DNA from: Octopus bimaculoides
Taxonomy: Eukaryota
NCBI RefSeq assembly: GCF_001194135.2
Contig: NC_068981.1
Coordinates: 24,580,776 to 24,644,775 of the forward strand
DNA length: 64,000 nt
Reading direction: 5' to 3'
Below are positions 35,684 through 49,464 of the stretch, in pieces. Every line of letters starts with the position of its first letter. Position 1 is the first letter of the stretch. The translations under genes and the position numbers were made by a program. Under the pieces are notes generated by a model. The model was not told the DNA's origin. It saw only the letters and a list, made by a program, of their open reading frames with translations, and made no database searches.

Positions 35684-36072
35684 TATAGCTTTGGAAAAAC
35701 AGCTGTTAAAATCAAATGCACTCTTCAAAACTTGCACTAAGAATAAGTACAAGGTAAATTTGCTACCTGCTTTTATAGCAAGTTGATGCAGGTAGTTTAT
35801 CCTGTTTCCCTTCGGCTTTTATTTTATCCAATTGAAAAAACCGCATTGTTTATGGGATGACCCAATATATATATATATATATATAGGTTATGGGTGATAG
35901 TGGTGTCGATTAGACCCAGAGGTTTCAGGTAATGCTGAGTAAGTGCTATGGATAGACCATAGTTAAGCTCCAGGTTCGATGGTTATGCGAATAAGGGGTC
36001 CAATGTAGGTCATATATCAGCGTGTTATATTATACACAGCCTTGGTTTTTTATCTCATTACGAAAAGTAAAT

Positions 36073-36107
<35 letters not shown>

Positions 36108-37074
36108 CACACACCCTACACACACATACCTAGAAATTAGAATGATGGAATAACCAAGTGTATAATGAAATTCATTAGCTTACAGCTGTTTCTCTTCTAA
36201 GATGCAATGCCCTCAAGCATTCATATAGCATCTTATAGCACACACAGCTATTAGCTAATGAACTTCGTAACAATTGTTTATTCCTTTATATATGAGGTAG
36301 TGTTTGCACAGTAAATATATCTTTGTCCGGCCATTATGTTTGTTGTAGCAGAATCTGGTTTTCAGTATAAGCCCTCCCTATAAGTGGGACCCCTTTTAGA
36401 AGACCTTGAAAGTTATTTACTGTTTCATATTTAAGAGATCATACATCTGTTGTGGTTGATGATTTATTTCTAAATAGGTTAAAGACAGATGGGAGTTGAC
36501 ACTCAGGAGGTGTCATATCAAATTTAAAGCCAAATAAAATCTAATATACTCATAAAATGATAATGTATTAAGAAAAAAAAATTTATTCCATTATACATAA
36601 CAGATGTTAGCCCAGTCTTTTACGATGACTTTGACATGTCAGACCAAACAAATTTACCTGCTTTCTTTCTTTCTCTCTCTCTCTCTCTCTCTTTCTTTTA
36701 TTTCAATATAGTGGTGGATCTGTCAATTTGACAATAGGGATTTAGTTGTTTGACCGGCCCACTGTCTTGCACATTAAATTAGCAAGTATGTGTAAGTGGC
36801 TGAGTATTCTGTAGATACTTGTACTCTTAACATAACTCTCTGAAACAACCAGTATGTGTGTGTGTGTTAGAGAGAGAGAGAGAGACAAGACTGTACTTTA
36901 TCAGTTATGTGATAAATCCATCTGATGGGTTTCTACACTGTTTTGCATCTAGTTTCTCTCACAAGGGTTGGGTTAATGACATTTGCCCAAAGATGCTACT
37001 CTGTGAAATTGAACCTAGAACTTTTTGATTGTGAAGCAAATGTCTTACCTATTTGTATATATCCAAGGGAGATC

Positions 37075-37552
37075 ATAGTTGTGGCTGATGGCAGTGTCGC
37101 ATAACTGGTACATAAAAAGTACTCTTCAAACATTAGGCGATATACTGTGCTTGAGAAGACCTGTCAAGCCAAGTTAAATTGTAGTTGTGGCTAATGCCTG
37201 TTACGTTTGACTGGCACCCATGTTGGTTGCATGTAAAATGCACCGCTCAAGTATTGGACCTCGTGGAGATAGTGACAGGTGACCGAGACCTTTGGTGATA
37301 TACCGTGCTTGAGAAGACATGTCAAACCAAGTGAGATCATAGTTGTGGCTGATGCTGGTGTCACATCAATGGTACCGGTAGCACATAAAAAGTACCCACT
37401 AAATTCTTTAGTGGTTGGCGTTTGGAAGGGCATCCAGTCATAGAAACTATGTCAAATCAGATTGGAACCTGGTGCAGCTCCCTGGCTTATCTGTTTTCAG
37501 TCAAACCATCCAACCCATGCCAGCATGGAAAACGAATGTTTGATGATGATGG
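37075..37552 (+). mobile_element. Older SINE family C subfamily with internal duplications
   Basis: GTGCTTGAGAAGAC..GTCAA.CCAAGT unit twice, GGAAGGGCATCC motif, (GAT)n tail. Confidence 0.75.
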
Positions 37553-38929
37553 GTAAATTGTCGCCATTGTGTATTTTTAATTTCATGCACATGCATTGTT
37601 TGTTTTTGATTTTGTCAACTACGCAATATAGTAGGGTCAGTTGGGAACCAGGAAAAAAACAGTACCATGATGTAATTTGCTCTGCCAGAAATCTGGAAAT
37701 GACATGCTGTACTGTTTGGCATTTGCACCGGAACCTTCAATACGAAAATTTTGGTGATTGGGTCTCAATCTGAGGACAGTGCAATCTAAGGACATGTACC
37801 GAAGGTGATAAAAATCAAACATCCAGATAACATTATGGTGTTTGAAATGATCTCTAGTGATGGTGACATTATGCATGTGTATGTGTGTGTGTATGTAGAT
37901 ATATATGAATGTGAAAAGCTTAGTGGTTAGGGTATTCAGCTCATGAGTTTGATAACTGTTGGCGTATTGTGCCCTAGAGCATGTCACTTTATTTCATGTT
38001 GCTCTGGTCCACTCAGCTGATAAAAATGAGTAGTGCCTGTATATCAAAGGGCCAGCCTTGTCACATTCTATGTCACACTGAATCTCCTGGAGATCTGTGT
38101 TTAGGATTATACATGTCTGTGGATTGCTCTACCAGTTGCACATTAATTTCATGGACAGGCTGTTACATTGACCATATCAACTGGAATCCTTGTTGTAACC
38201 TACAAAGTGCCAGTTTTAGATATATGTGTATGAGTGCGTGCATCGATGTAAATCTAGAAACTGAAGAAAACTTGGAAATATGCTGTAGGAAGAAAGAGAA
38301 TCCTGACGTTCTGAGTCTAAAGGTTTCATTGAAGAATAGCAGTAATATCTGTCTGTCTGTCTATTAGGCTATCTATCTATCTATCTATCTATTAGTTTAT
38401 CTATTTGTCTATCTACTTACTTACCCTCACGTACATACATACAAATATATGTATTTTTGTTAGTTTTAGCAATAATGTCTGACAAAATGCTTAGAACAAA
38501 CTTAAAAAATAGACATCTTTGCAAAGAATTCCTTCTTGTGGATAGTTAATTGTGCTTTGTGTCCACATTTGGAAACTAAAGTAAAAAGAAAACCAAAACG
38601 AAACCCCCCACCCCCACACACAAAAAAAAGCCAAACAAATAATGTTTATTGCAGAAATGATAAAATAAAGTTAAAAAGAAAAATTCAAATAAAATAAAGG
38701 ACTACATTAAAAGTTATTTAAAAAAAGAATGCTGAATTTCCAATGCAACAAAACTGGTCTCATTGGCAAGCGTGTTTATTTACAAAGGAATTCTGTAAAT
38801 TGTTTGCTACTTGTCAGGTTTAGGTCTTTCACATTTGGTTCTTATAATATATATATGTCTTATATGGTGTGTGTGCGTGTTTGTGTTTGTAAATTATACA
38901 TCTTTCTGTGGGAAGAGCCATTCTAACAA

Positions 38930-38988
38930 TGCGCCTGCCCTAACTCTTCGAAACACTTAGTTTTAGTATGGTGGCAGCTGATGAAGGA
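38930..38988 (+). ncRNA. Degenerate second copy of the rearranged hammerhead motif (family P1)
   Basis: TGCGC|CTGCC-CTAACTCTTC-GAAACAC-...-GGCAG-CTGATGA-A-GGA; stem I CTGCC/GGCAG; cleavage triplet and stem III damaged. Confidence 0.45.
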
Positions 38989-39159
38989 AATGTTCTCTAT
39001 GTGGCCTGTGTGTTTCCTGTGCTCTGTTTATGTTCTGTTATTCATTTTGCTCACGTTTTCTTGTGACGTCCTGTACCCAGATATGCATCTATATATACAT
39101 GTAGATGCAGGTATGTACATACATGTACGTATATGAAAGAACTTTTTTTCCACCCGTTC

Positions 39160-39335
39160 CCTTCTGGTCATTCAACAATGTAACCTCGTGGATATCGTTG
39201 GCGATCTTTTCTTCCTCTGTCTTCCCTTCTTTGGACTTTCCTATGTTTCCGACGAAGAGCTCCGCTCGAAACGTCAAATTCTCTTTCTTTCCTTTCCCGA
39301 GCGTCCAGTATACACAATCTGTATTTGTTGTTGTT
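39160..39335 (+). mobile_element. Family P3 Penelope-type repeat, hammerhead-like motif at 39245-39279
   Basis: GTTT-CCGACGA-A-GAGC-TCC-GCTC-GAAAC-GTC-AAAT. Confidence 0.6.
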
Positions 39336-40213
39336 NNNNNNNNNNNNNNNNNNNNNNNNNNNNNNNNNNNNNTATATATATATATATATATATATATATG
39401 AGTGTGTGTGTGTGTAAAAAGTACCCACTACACTTTTGGTGTGGTTGGCATTAAGAAGGGCTTCCAGTTGTAGAAACCATGCCAGCATGGAAAACAGATG
39501 TTAAATGATGATAATGATGATACACACACACACACATGTGTTTGGGGATTTATGTATGACTGCAAAAGCTAGGGTCTTGTAGCATAGTTTCTTCAGGCTC
39601 GTACAAGCCTTTGTGAGTGAATCTGGTCCATGGAAATTTGAGCGTAAACTAATTCAAATGACTGCTATGTCTGTAATTCTGAGATCCAGCCATATTACAT
39701 ACTGTGCCATGCTGGTCCTGCCTGGGGCTTACATTTAATATGTGGCTTCACCTGCACTCAAACTTGATACATTTACATTGTTATTAATGATATGACAAGA
39801 TAATTTTGTTGATAGACAAAGTAGAACACCCATTGGCAAAAGCCAATCTATGATGATTCTACTCTATCATCATCGTTTAACGTCCGCTTTCCATGTTCGC
39901 ATGGGTTGGACGATTTGACTGAGGACTGGTGGACCAGGAGGCGACACCAGGCTCCAATCTGATTTGGCAGAGTTTCTACAGCTGGATGCCCTTCCTAACG
40001 CCGTTTTGTCTCTTGAGTTATTTCCAGTAACTTTGTCTTCTCAGTCAGCAGTCAATGGTCATCTTCCACTGATCCAGCTTGCTCTTCTCAAGAGTAATGG
40101 CTTTCCTCTGTTTAAGCCAAGGCCTTCATGACTAGTGGGAAGATGCGTGGTCTGGTGGTTACACACACATTTGCAACATCAGGTTTTCAATTCCTGGACC
40201 AGGCAGTGTGTTG

Positions 40214-40785
40214 AGATCTTTTTTAAAACGGGGGCCACATTTTTCATTAATGTTTTACGTAGTGCTTTTGGTACCGAAAGACTTTCAAACTTCGTATACT
40301 TATCTATTTTGTGTTATAGAACAGAAAAATATTTTTGTATTCGAATTTATTTCATGTAAAAAATTGTCTTATTTCGATAATTTCAACCAATCACTGACGT
40401 CCATTCAGCCGATATACATTAAGTGCCGACTACATAAACAAACGATTCTTCGTTTTATTTGCTTTTTTCATTTTAAATTTGCTTTAACCCTAACCCTAAC
40501 CCTAACCCTAACTCTAACCCTAGGGTTAGGGTTAGGGTTAGGGTTAATTGTTTCAGAATCGTTTGTTTATGTAGTCGGCACTTAATGTATATTGGCTGAA
40601 TGGACGTCAGTGATTGGTTGAAATTACAGAAATACGACAACTTTAACATGGAATAATTTATGGATTTCTTTTTTTTTTAAGAAGACTAAGAGAAAAAGAT
40701 ATTTTATATGACACATTTTACCAGTGATCCAAGTTTCAAAGTGTTTCGTTAATGAAAAATGTGGCCCCCGTTTTAAAAAAGATTC
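40214..40785. mobile_element. Foldback/MITE-like DNA element with a telomeric-repeat palindromic core
   Basis: Perfect 35-bp outer IR (40216-40250/40749-40783), 71-bp inner IR with one mismatch (40379-40449/40555-40625), centre (TAACCC)6-TA-(GGGTTA)4, 8-bp flanking duplication GTGTGTTG (40206-40213/40786-40793). Confidence 0.9.
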
Positions 40786-40914
40786 GTGTGTTGTGTTCTT
40801 AAACAAAACACTTTATATCGTGTGTTGCTTTTGTTCACTCAGCTGTAAATGAGTAACCTTGTAATGTGCTGGTTTCTGATTCAGGGGACATGTTGTGATT
40901 CTGGTCACTCGTAC

Positions 40915-41274
40915 ACTATCAACAAATGTCAGCATTACGTCCTCAAGATCCGGTGGCTGGACAAAATTTCAAACAAGTCTGTGGGATAGAATGAACCAAA
41001 CTCCCACCAATCAAAAAATTTTGAAATGAAATAGGGCTGGATTGGTCACACTCTAAGAAGACCACCAAGCAGCATTGCAAGACAAGTGACAGATTGGTAA
41101 CCTTAAGAAAAGAGGGACTTTGGATGATCTAAGAACACCTGGAAAAGGTGCATGGAGGATGAAGCAAATGCAATTGGTTTCTCTTGGTCTGAAATCAAGG
41201 ATGTAGCCCAAGATAGCATCCACTGGTATGAAATGGTCACAACCCTGTGCTCCTTATGGAGTAATGTGGACTAA
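40915..41274 (+). pseudogene. RTE-clade LINE ORF C-terminus, decayed
   Basis: INKCQHYVLKIRWLDKISN/LWDRMNQTP...GWIGHTLRRPPSSIARQVTDW...KNTWKRCMEDEANAIGFSWSEIKDVAQD..WYEMVTTLCS: typical RTE terminal region. Confidence 0.88.
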
Positions 41275-41282
41275 CATACACT

Positions 41283-41477
41283 TTTACTTGTTTCAGTCAT
41301 TTGACTGCGGCCATGCTGGAGCACCGCCTTTAGTCGAGCAAATCGACCCCAGGACTTATTCTTTGGAAGCTTAGTGCTTATTCTATCCATCTCTTTTGCC
41401 GAACCGCTAAGTTACGGGGATGTAAACACACCAGCATCGGTTGTCAAGCGATGTTGGGTGGGGGGGGGGACACACAA

Positions 41478-41516
<39 letters not shown>

Positions 41517-41668
41517 ACAGGCTTCTTTCAGTTTCCGTCTACCAAATCCACTCACAAGACTTAGGTCGGCCCGAGGCTATAGTAGAAGACACTTGCCCAA
41601 GGTGCCATGCAGTGGGACTGAACCCAGAACCATGTGGTTGGTAAGCAAGCTACTTACCACACAGCCAC
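41283..41668 (-). mobile_element. SINE family A, full length
   Basis: Reverse complement of 20586-20993. Confidence 0.92.
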
Positions 41669-42875
41669 TCTTAGTATGAAAACTGGGTAAATGGTCCTAT
41701 AAACCCTTGGACTTGAGACAATGATATCTTGAACAAAAATGTCCTTCTTGACTAGAGGGAAGGCGGGAGTGTACGAGGTATCAACTAGAGATCTGGACCG
41801 AAGAATGATTTCAACAGAATGGTCTCTGTTAAAAGGCATCCAATGTAAAGCGGTGGTATCAAGCCATGTAATGAATTATGTCTAACACCCTAGTAGGTCA
41901 TGGTGGGATTTGAACTCTTACACAGGAAGAACTAGAACAAATACCACGTGACATCTGTTATTATGCTTACACAGTTCTGCCAACCCACTGCACCAGATTG
42001 GTACATCATCATCATCATCATCATCATCGTTTAACGTCCACTTTCCATGCTAGAATGGGTTGGATGATTTGACTGAGGACTGGCGAACCAGATGGCTGCA
42101 CCAGGCTCCAATCTGATCTGGCAGAGTTTCTACAGCTGGATGCCCTTCCTAATGCCAACCACTCCAAGAGTGTAGTGGGTGCTTTTACGTGCCACGGTCA
42201 CGAGGACCAGTCAGGAGGTACCGGCAACAGCCACGCTCAAAGTGGTGTTTTTTACGTGCCACCTGCACAGTACATTTTTGTTAACCACAGAAAGATAGAT
42301 CCTGTTTTTCTCAAGATCATAGGACGTTATTTATATGCAATCTGTTTGCTATTTTTAGCAGGTCAAGTGACCACTTACCAGCCTCATTTAACTTGACACA
42401 GATATGAAGAGGAAATCTCCATCATCTAGACATCTGCTATTCCTTGCTTGCATGGGTTGGGCAGAAGCTTATCAATGCAAATTTTAATCCTTTCTACTAA
42501 AGGCACAAGGCCTGAAATTTTAGGGGTGGGAACTAGTCAACAACATCAACTCCCAGTGTTTCACTGGTACTTAACTTATTGACCCAAGGCAAAGTCGACC
42601 TTGGCAGAATTTGAACTCGGAATGTAGCGCGAATGGTGAAATACCACTAAGCATTTCGTCCAGCTTGGTACCCTCATTAATATTAATAATAATACCAATC
42701 CTCGTTTAACGTCTGCTTTCCATGCTGGCATGGGTGGGACAAATAATAATAATAATAATCCTTTCTATTAAAGGCACAAGGTCCTGGAATTTTGGGGGAG
42801 GAGGCAGCTAGTCAATTACATTGATCCAGTACTCAACTGGTAATTATTTCATGGACCCAGAAATAATAATAATAG

Positions 42876-43105
42876 TATATTAAACAACTCCCTGGTAACT
42901 CCAGTCTCCGTGAACTACAAAAGGTAACCTTGATGAGTACAGGCCATATACTACGGAAAGCACACTCCGTCTAAAATGGAATAAATGTGGTGATGATTTT
43001 AGCATGCATAGCAAAACAAAAGTGCCCTTGCTACCTTTGGCCTCCAGAGGATGCTCGGTGGTACTAAGGCAGCTGAAATAAAATTATAATGAAAAGAAAC
43101 CATAG
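42876..43105 (+). mobile_element. R4/Dong-type non-LTR retrotransposon 3' end (copy 1)
   Basis: YIKQLPGNSSLRELQKVTLMSTGHILRKAHSV*, preceded by (AAT)n. Confidence 0.7.
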
Positions 43106-43119
43106 ATAATAATAATAAT

Positions 43120-43327
43120 TTAGACAAATACATAACAAAAACATCAGGACTTACAAGTATATATAACATACAGAAAATTGCACTACTGGGCACCGCACAC
43201 ATCCTACGCAAAACACTTTCAATACAGTAAACATAAGAACACCACAGCAAACCACAGCACATACCCAATGCACACAGAGCTGCGCTTGGTAGTGAAGTGA
43301 AAGTACTCTATAAAAATAAAACTATTG

Positions 43328-43372
<45 letters not shown>
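43120..43372 (+). mobile_element. R4/Dong-type non-LTR retrotransposon 3' end (copy 2) with (AAT)n tail
   Basis: LDKYITKTSGLTSIYNIQKIALLGTAHILRKTLSIQ* (QK.ALLGTAHILRK motif), flanked on both sides by (AAT)n. Confidence 0.8.
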
Positions 43373-43373
<1 letters not shown>

Positions 43374-44376
43374 GTAAAAATAAGTATGGTTTGGAAAAAC
43401 TTCCTTCCCCACCCATTTTCTCGCAAATTATTNNNNNNNNNNNNNNNNNNNNNNNNNNNNNNNNNNNNNNNNNNNNNNNNNNNNNNNNNNNNNNNNNNNN
43501 NNNNNNNNNNNNNNNNNNNNNNNNNNNNNNNNNNNNNNNNNNNNNNNNNNNNNNNNNNNNNNNNNNNNNNNNNNNNNNNNNNNNNNNNNNNNNNNNNNNN
43601 NNNNNNNNNNNNNNNNNNNNNNNNNNNNNNNNNNNNNNNNNNNNNNNNNNNNNNNNNNNNNNNNNNNNNNNNNNNNNNNNNNNNNNNNNNNNAAAAAAAA
43701 AAAAAAAAAAAATCTGAAAAAGTTAAAAATGAAGAAATTAAGGAGAGGGTGGGGGTTAATTTCAAAATGCCCATTTCTGCCAATTTCTTTTGCAGATTCG
43801 TATTCTCCGTAGCTGAAAAGGGGGTGGTGGTCGTGTAGAAAAAAAAAATTGAATAAAAAAAAGGGTTTATTTATTTATTTATTTTTTTTTTGCGGGGTAC
43901 AAAAAGGAAGTCTTGCCTATGGTTTTAACTAGGATTTTAACCTGTGGTGCAACTATTGTATACACCCACATTATACATTCACATATGCATACCGACTTTC
44001 ATATAGGTCATTCACTCGAGCAACACCCATGTGGAGATGCTTTTTCACAGAGTTCATTGTTCGTTCATTTGACATAAATATTGGCATTGTTTTACTTTCT
44101 TATTTAATATATCGGAGTCGGTGGTTTGAATACGTTTCAATGTGAGTGCATGCACACTTGCTTCTGCTCGCAATGTATTTACCGTGGGTAAATATTTGTC
44201 GGTGCCTGTGACTATGTGCGTATAATTGTATGCACGTTCTTATGTTACGTGTGTAATTAACACAGATTTTGTTACTTCGTTGCTGTTTGTTGACACATGC
44301 ACATCTATATGGAAAAGACAGATGCACGTCTTTGTATGTATGGTTTGTATGTGTGTGTATTTATGTATGGTATGTT

Positions 44377-44379
<3 letters not shown>

Positions 44380-44421
<42 letters not shown>

Positions 44422-44715
44422 GTGTATGTGTACATACTTATGTACGAACATTGATGTGTATGTATATGTGTATATCTGTATATGCATGAAAGTATATACA
44501 CACACATATACATACACATATATATATATATACACATACATATATATATATATACATATATACGACGGGCTTCTTTCAGTTTCCGTCTACCAAATCTACT
44601 CACAAGGCTTTGGTCGGCCCGAGGCTATAGTAGAAGACACTTGCCCAAGATGCCACGCAGTGGGACTGAACCCGGGACCATGTGGTTGGTAAGTAAGCTA
44701 TGTGTATATATACAT

Positions 44716-44782
<67 letters not shown>

Positions 44783-45067
44783 TACATATATATATATATA
44801 TTGGTGTGTGTTACACATATGTACATGCATAGATATGTGTGTGTATATATATGTGTATGTATATCTGTATATATATATATGTAAATATGTATATATGTAT
44901 GCGTGTGTATGTACGCATGTATTTGTGTGCATGTGTGCGCACGCACGCACACACATCCGAATATGTATACTTCTGTGTAATAGGCGAGGATAAAACGTTT
45001 TTGTTTAGTGTACAGAATAGTATATCAGTAATAATATATTAGTATATACAGATGTGTATTTACATGC

Positions 45068-45132
<65 letters not shown>

Positions 45133-45299
45133 CATATATACGTGTATGTATATGCATATATACGTGTATGTATATGCATATATACGTGTATGTATATGTA
45201 TGCATGTATATTTGTATGTTCTCGTGCCGATTTTTTATTTGCTTTTGTATGTTTGTGTATATATGTTTATAAACAAGTCTATCTATCTATCTAGGTGTA

Positions 45300-45335
<36 letters not shown>
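44380..45335. repeat. Compound (AT)n/(AC)n/(ATCT)n field containing a SINE A 5' half (44562-44700, -)
   Basis: Directly visible. Confidence 0.9.
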
Positions 45336-45337
<2 letters not shown>

Positions 45338-46004
45338 GTGCGTGTGTAAGCATTGCTTTAATTTTGTTGATTCTTTGTTGTACTGCCTTTTCTCATCTTT
45401 TCTTTTCTTTTTCTATTTTCTCGTTCGTTCGTTCTGTCTTTCTACGGTGATAATTAAACTATTTAGGAACGGAAGCTATCTGGTGACTAAACAGATCGCT
45501 ATTTCGGATGGCAAACAACAACTACAACAGCAAGACGAAGATAAAGAAAGGGGGAAAAAAACAAAAAAGATTTCTTTTTCTTTAGATTTATTGAAGGTAG
45601 ATGTGTGTGTGTGTGTGATAAAAGTGGTGGGGGCTAGTAATTTAATCGGAAGTTCATTGCTGTTCCCTTTCTCTCCCTACCTCCTTCTTTTCCTTTTCCC
45701 CTTTCCTCCTCCTCCCCTCCCCGTTTCATTCTCGCTTTCTTTCTCTCACCCTCTCCCCTTTTTTTCCCCTCTTTCTTTGTTCCCACCACCGTTTTACTGC
45801 TATAACCAGCACTTAAAACTATCACTGTCATTACGATCGCCACTACGGCTTTACCACTACTCGTACCACCACCACCACCACTTCAGCACCAGCTCCGCTG
45901 CATTCCACTACTATCATGATTACCTATCTCAATACAGCCTTCGTCGTCATCGCCCTCGCACAATGACCACCACAACCGCCGCCAGTACAATATAACCTTT
46001 TCTA

Positions 46005-46318
46005 CTCTAGGCACAAGGCCGGACATTTTTGGGGAGGGGGTGCCAGTCGATTAGATCGACTCCAGTACGCAACTGGTACTTAATTTATCGACCCTGAAAG
46101 GACGAAAGACGAAGTCGAGCTCGGCCGAATTTGAACTCAAACAATATACCGCTAAGCATTTCGCCCGGCGTGCTAACGTTTCTTATTTCTTTATTGCCCA
46201 CAAGGGGTTAAACATAGAGGGGACAAACAAGGACAGACGAAGGGATTAAGTCGATTACATCGACCCAGTGCGTAACTGGTACTTAATTTATCGACCCTGG
46301 AAGGATGAAAGGCAAAGT
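46005..46318 (-). mobile_element. Two adjacent SINE family B copies (second runs into a gap)
   Basis: Family B core twice. Confidence 0.85.
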
Positions 46319-47158
46319 NNNNNNNNNNNNNNNNNNNNNNNNNNNNNNNNNNNNNNNNNNNNNNNNNNNNNNNNNNNNNNNNNNNNNNNNNNNNNNNNNN
46401 NNNNNNNNNNNNNNNNNNNNNNNNNNNNNNNNNNNNNNNNNNNNNNNNNNNNNNNNNNNNNNNNNNNNNNNNNNNNNNNNNNNNNNNNNNNNNNNNNNNN
46501 NNNNNNNNNNNNNNNNNNNNNNNNNNNNNNNNNNNNNNNNNNNNNNNNNNNNNNNNNNNNNNNNNNNNNNNNNNNNNNNNNNNNNNNNNNNNNNNNNNNN
46601 NNNNNNNNNNNNNNNNNNNNNNNNNNNNNNNNNNNNNNNNNNNNNNNNNNNNNNNNNNNNNNNNNNNNNNNNNNNNNNNNNNNNNNNNNNNNNNNNNNNN
46701 NNNNNNNNNNNNNNNNNNNNNNNNNNNNNNNNNNNNNNNNNNNNNNNNNNNNNNNNNNNNNNNNNNNNNNNNNNNNNNNNNNNNNNNNNNNNNNNNNNNN
46801 NNNNNNNNNNNNNNNNNNNNNNNNNNNNNNNNNNNNNNNNNNNNNNNNNNNNNNNNNNNNNNNNNNNNNNNNNNNNNNNNNNNNNNNNNNNNNNNNNNNN
46901 NNNNNNNNNNNNNNNNNNNNNNNNNNNNNNNNNNNNNNNNNNNNNNNNNNNNNNNNNNNNNNNNNNNNNNNNNNNNNNNNNNNNNNNNNNNNNNNNNNNN
47001 NNNNNNNNNNNNNNNNNNNNNNNNNNNNNNNNNNNNNNNNNNNNNNNAAACAAGTACTACTGCTACTACTACTACTGTTACTACTACCGCTGCTGCAGGA
47101 AGTACCTTCTCATTGTTTCTCTTCCACACACATCTATATATATTTTCGTGTGTGTATG

Positions 47159-47204
<46 letters not shown>

Positions 47205-47567
47205 GTGATCCTGTATCTTTTTATCTATTCCTATATATATATTATTACATACTTCCTCAACTGTTTTTTCCCCCCCTTAACTCTTTCTTAATTGGTCTCT
47301 GCTCACCCGTCTTTCTACTCCCACTCATTCCTACCTTTCTCCCTTCACCCACCCTTATCACTTAAACACCTGAGCAACCAACCAATGGCAATTAGTACGG
47401 TTGAGAGTGCGGGGGTAGGGTGGAGGCCGCACGCTTCTTTACACTGTTGGTTAACTTTTGCTAGAAATAGCAGCCGAATATCATAACTCTTTATAATAAT
47501 AATAATGTAGTCCTTGATAAACCCTAAGAGTCCCAATGTTTCCACCTCTGATTGATGAGGGCTAGAC

Positions 47568-47856
47568 CAAGGGTTTTCAAACTGTGGTCCGCGGACCACA
47601 GGGAGTCTGCAAGGACAAGACAGGGGGTCCGTGGACAGCAAATACTTTTTATGGGCAATTTGATTTTATATATGTTTTTTTTTAATCGAAATCTTTTAAT
47701 TGACAATAAACCTATTTGATAAATAAATAAATGTAAAAATATATGTTATTTTAAGCAAATATTTATGTATAAATTTCATAAGCGTTTATAAGGGGTCCCT
47801 TAGGTAAAGCCTGAAATATAAAGGGGTCCGCAAGTCAAAAAGTTTGAAAAACCCTG
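47568..47856 (-). mobile_element. hAT-type MITE (family H1)
   Basis: TIRs as at 22326; perfect 8-bp TSD GGCTAGAC. Confidence 0.92.
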
Positions 47857-48048
47857 GGCTAGACAACAACGTCCTAAGTGTAGGCCGCTTCTACACAATC
47901 ACCCGATCTGCCAGAAATAACAGCCAAACTGCTTTCGCGTCACATCCTACTGTCCTGAAGAAAAGAATGGATACATTTGATAATGTGGTCAGACGTGGGG
48001 GCCATTAAAAGGCAAGGGGTGCTGTGGCTTGAATGCATTTGATTATAG

Positions 48049-48330
48049 CAGGGTTCTCAAATTTTATTATGGTGGACCCTACAGGCGTTCGATGTTTAAA
48101 AGCTAGCTTTATAGGAACTTCTTTCAAAAATTCCTATTTTGTTTTTCACACATTATTTTGTATAGGTTGAACTATGTAAAAAGGTTAGAGAAAGAAACCT
48201 AGTTGTTTCTTGCAATACGTACCAATACATCTAAATCAAAAATTTTTCTGGCGGCCCTCAAAATACTATTGTGGATCATGAATTTACTATTTTGTTGTGT
48301 GAACCACCAAAAATCTTACAATGGACCCTG
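48049..48330 (-). mobile_element. hAT-type MITE (family H2), reverse copy
   Basis: Homologous to 21670-22025; no TSD recognised. Confidence 0.7.
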
Positions 48331-49464
48331 CTTGAAGGGTCTGTCCATTTAGAGTTGATGGAGGGCTAAACAGCTACATGTATGAATAAAACAGCAGATG
48401 TCTAGATGATGGAGATTTCCTCCTCAAATCTGTGTCAAGTTAAATGAAGCTCGTAAGTGGTCACTTGACCTGCTAAAAATAACAAACAGATTCACATCAC
48501 TCATCATCGTTTAACCCTTCAACATTCAGATTACTGTCAAATGTAATGCTTATTTATTTGTATTGTTTTCAATTAATTATGCATTGTCTCATAGCCTCAA
48601 GATTTCAATGGTTGTTTATTTTTAGAAATGATATGTATATATCATATGTATATCTCATATATGTATATATCTGAGTGGTTGGCGTTAGGAAGGGCATCCA
48701 GCTGTAGAAACTCTGCCAAATTAGATTGGAGCCTGGTGTTGCCATCCGGTTTCACCTGTCCTCAGTCAAATCGTCCAACCCATGCTAGCATGGAAAGCGG
48801 ACGTTAAACGATGATGATGATGATGATGTGTGTGTGTGTGTATTTGTCCCTGTGCCATCACTTGATAACTGATGCTGGTGTGTTTATGTCTCCGTAACAT
48901 AGTGGTTCGGCAAAGTAGACCGATAGAATAAGTACTAGGCTTACAAAGAATAAGTCCTGGGGTCGATTTGCTCGACTAAAGGTGGTGCTCCAGCATGGCC
49001 ATAGTCAAAATGACTGAAACAAGTAAAAGAGTAAAAGACTAAATGACCCTGTGTGTATGATGGTGACACTTTTTTACAACTATCACACAATGTTGAAACA
49101 AGATGGCACAAACACATGCGCACACACATATGTATCATCACCCGTGTTTAACATCCATTTTCTTTGCTAGCACGGATTGGCTGGTTCAACAAGAGCTGGT
49201 GATCCCGAGGACTGTGCTTGTCCCCATTGTCTGCATGGTTTCAATAGCTGGATACCTTTCCTAACAATAACCACTTTACATAGTGTACCGGATATTTTTT
49301 ACATGACACTGACACTAGTGCAGTCACAAGAAAGAAGGCTTACCAGATCCACTCACATGGTTTCTGTCAATTCAGGAGTATCATTTCAAAAGTCAGCTGT
49401 CAGTACTTCAAGTTCTCTTAACTTATTTTGATTGGTAGTTTTGTTTTACTGTGACTAAGGCACA

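Noticed and set aside
40485-40546. Ancestral telomere-telomere chromosome fusion site
   Set aside because: Repeat order is opposite to a fusion scar, the tract is short, and it lies within a TSD-flanked element
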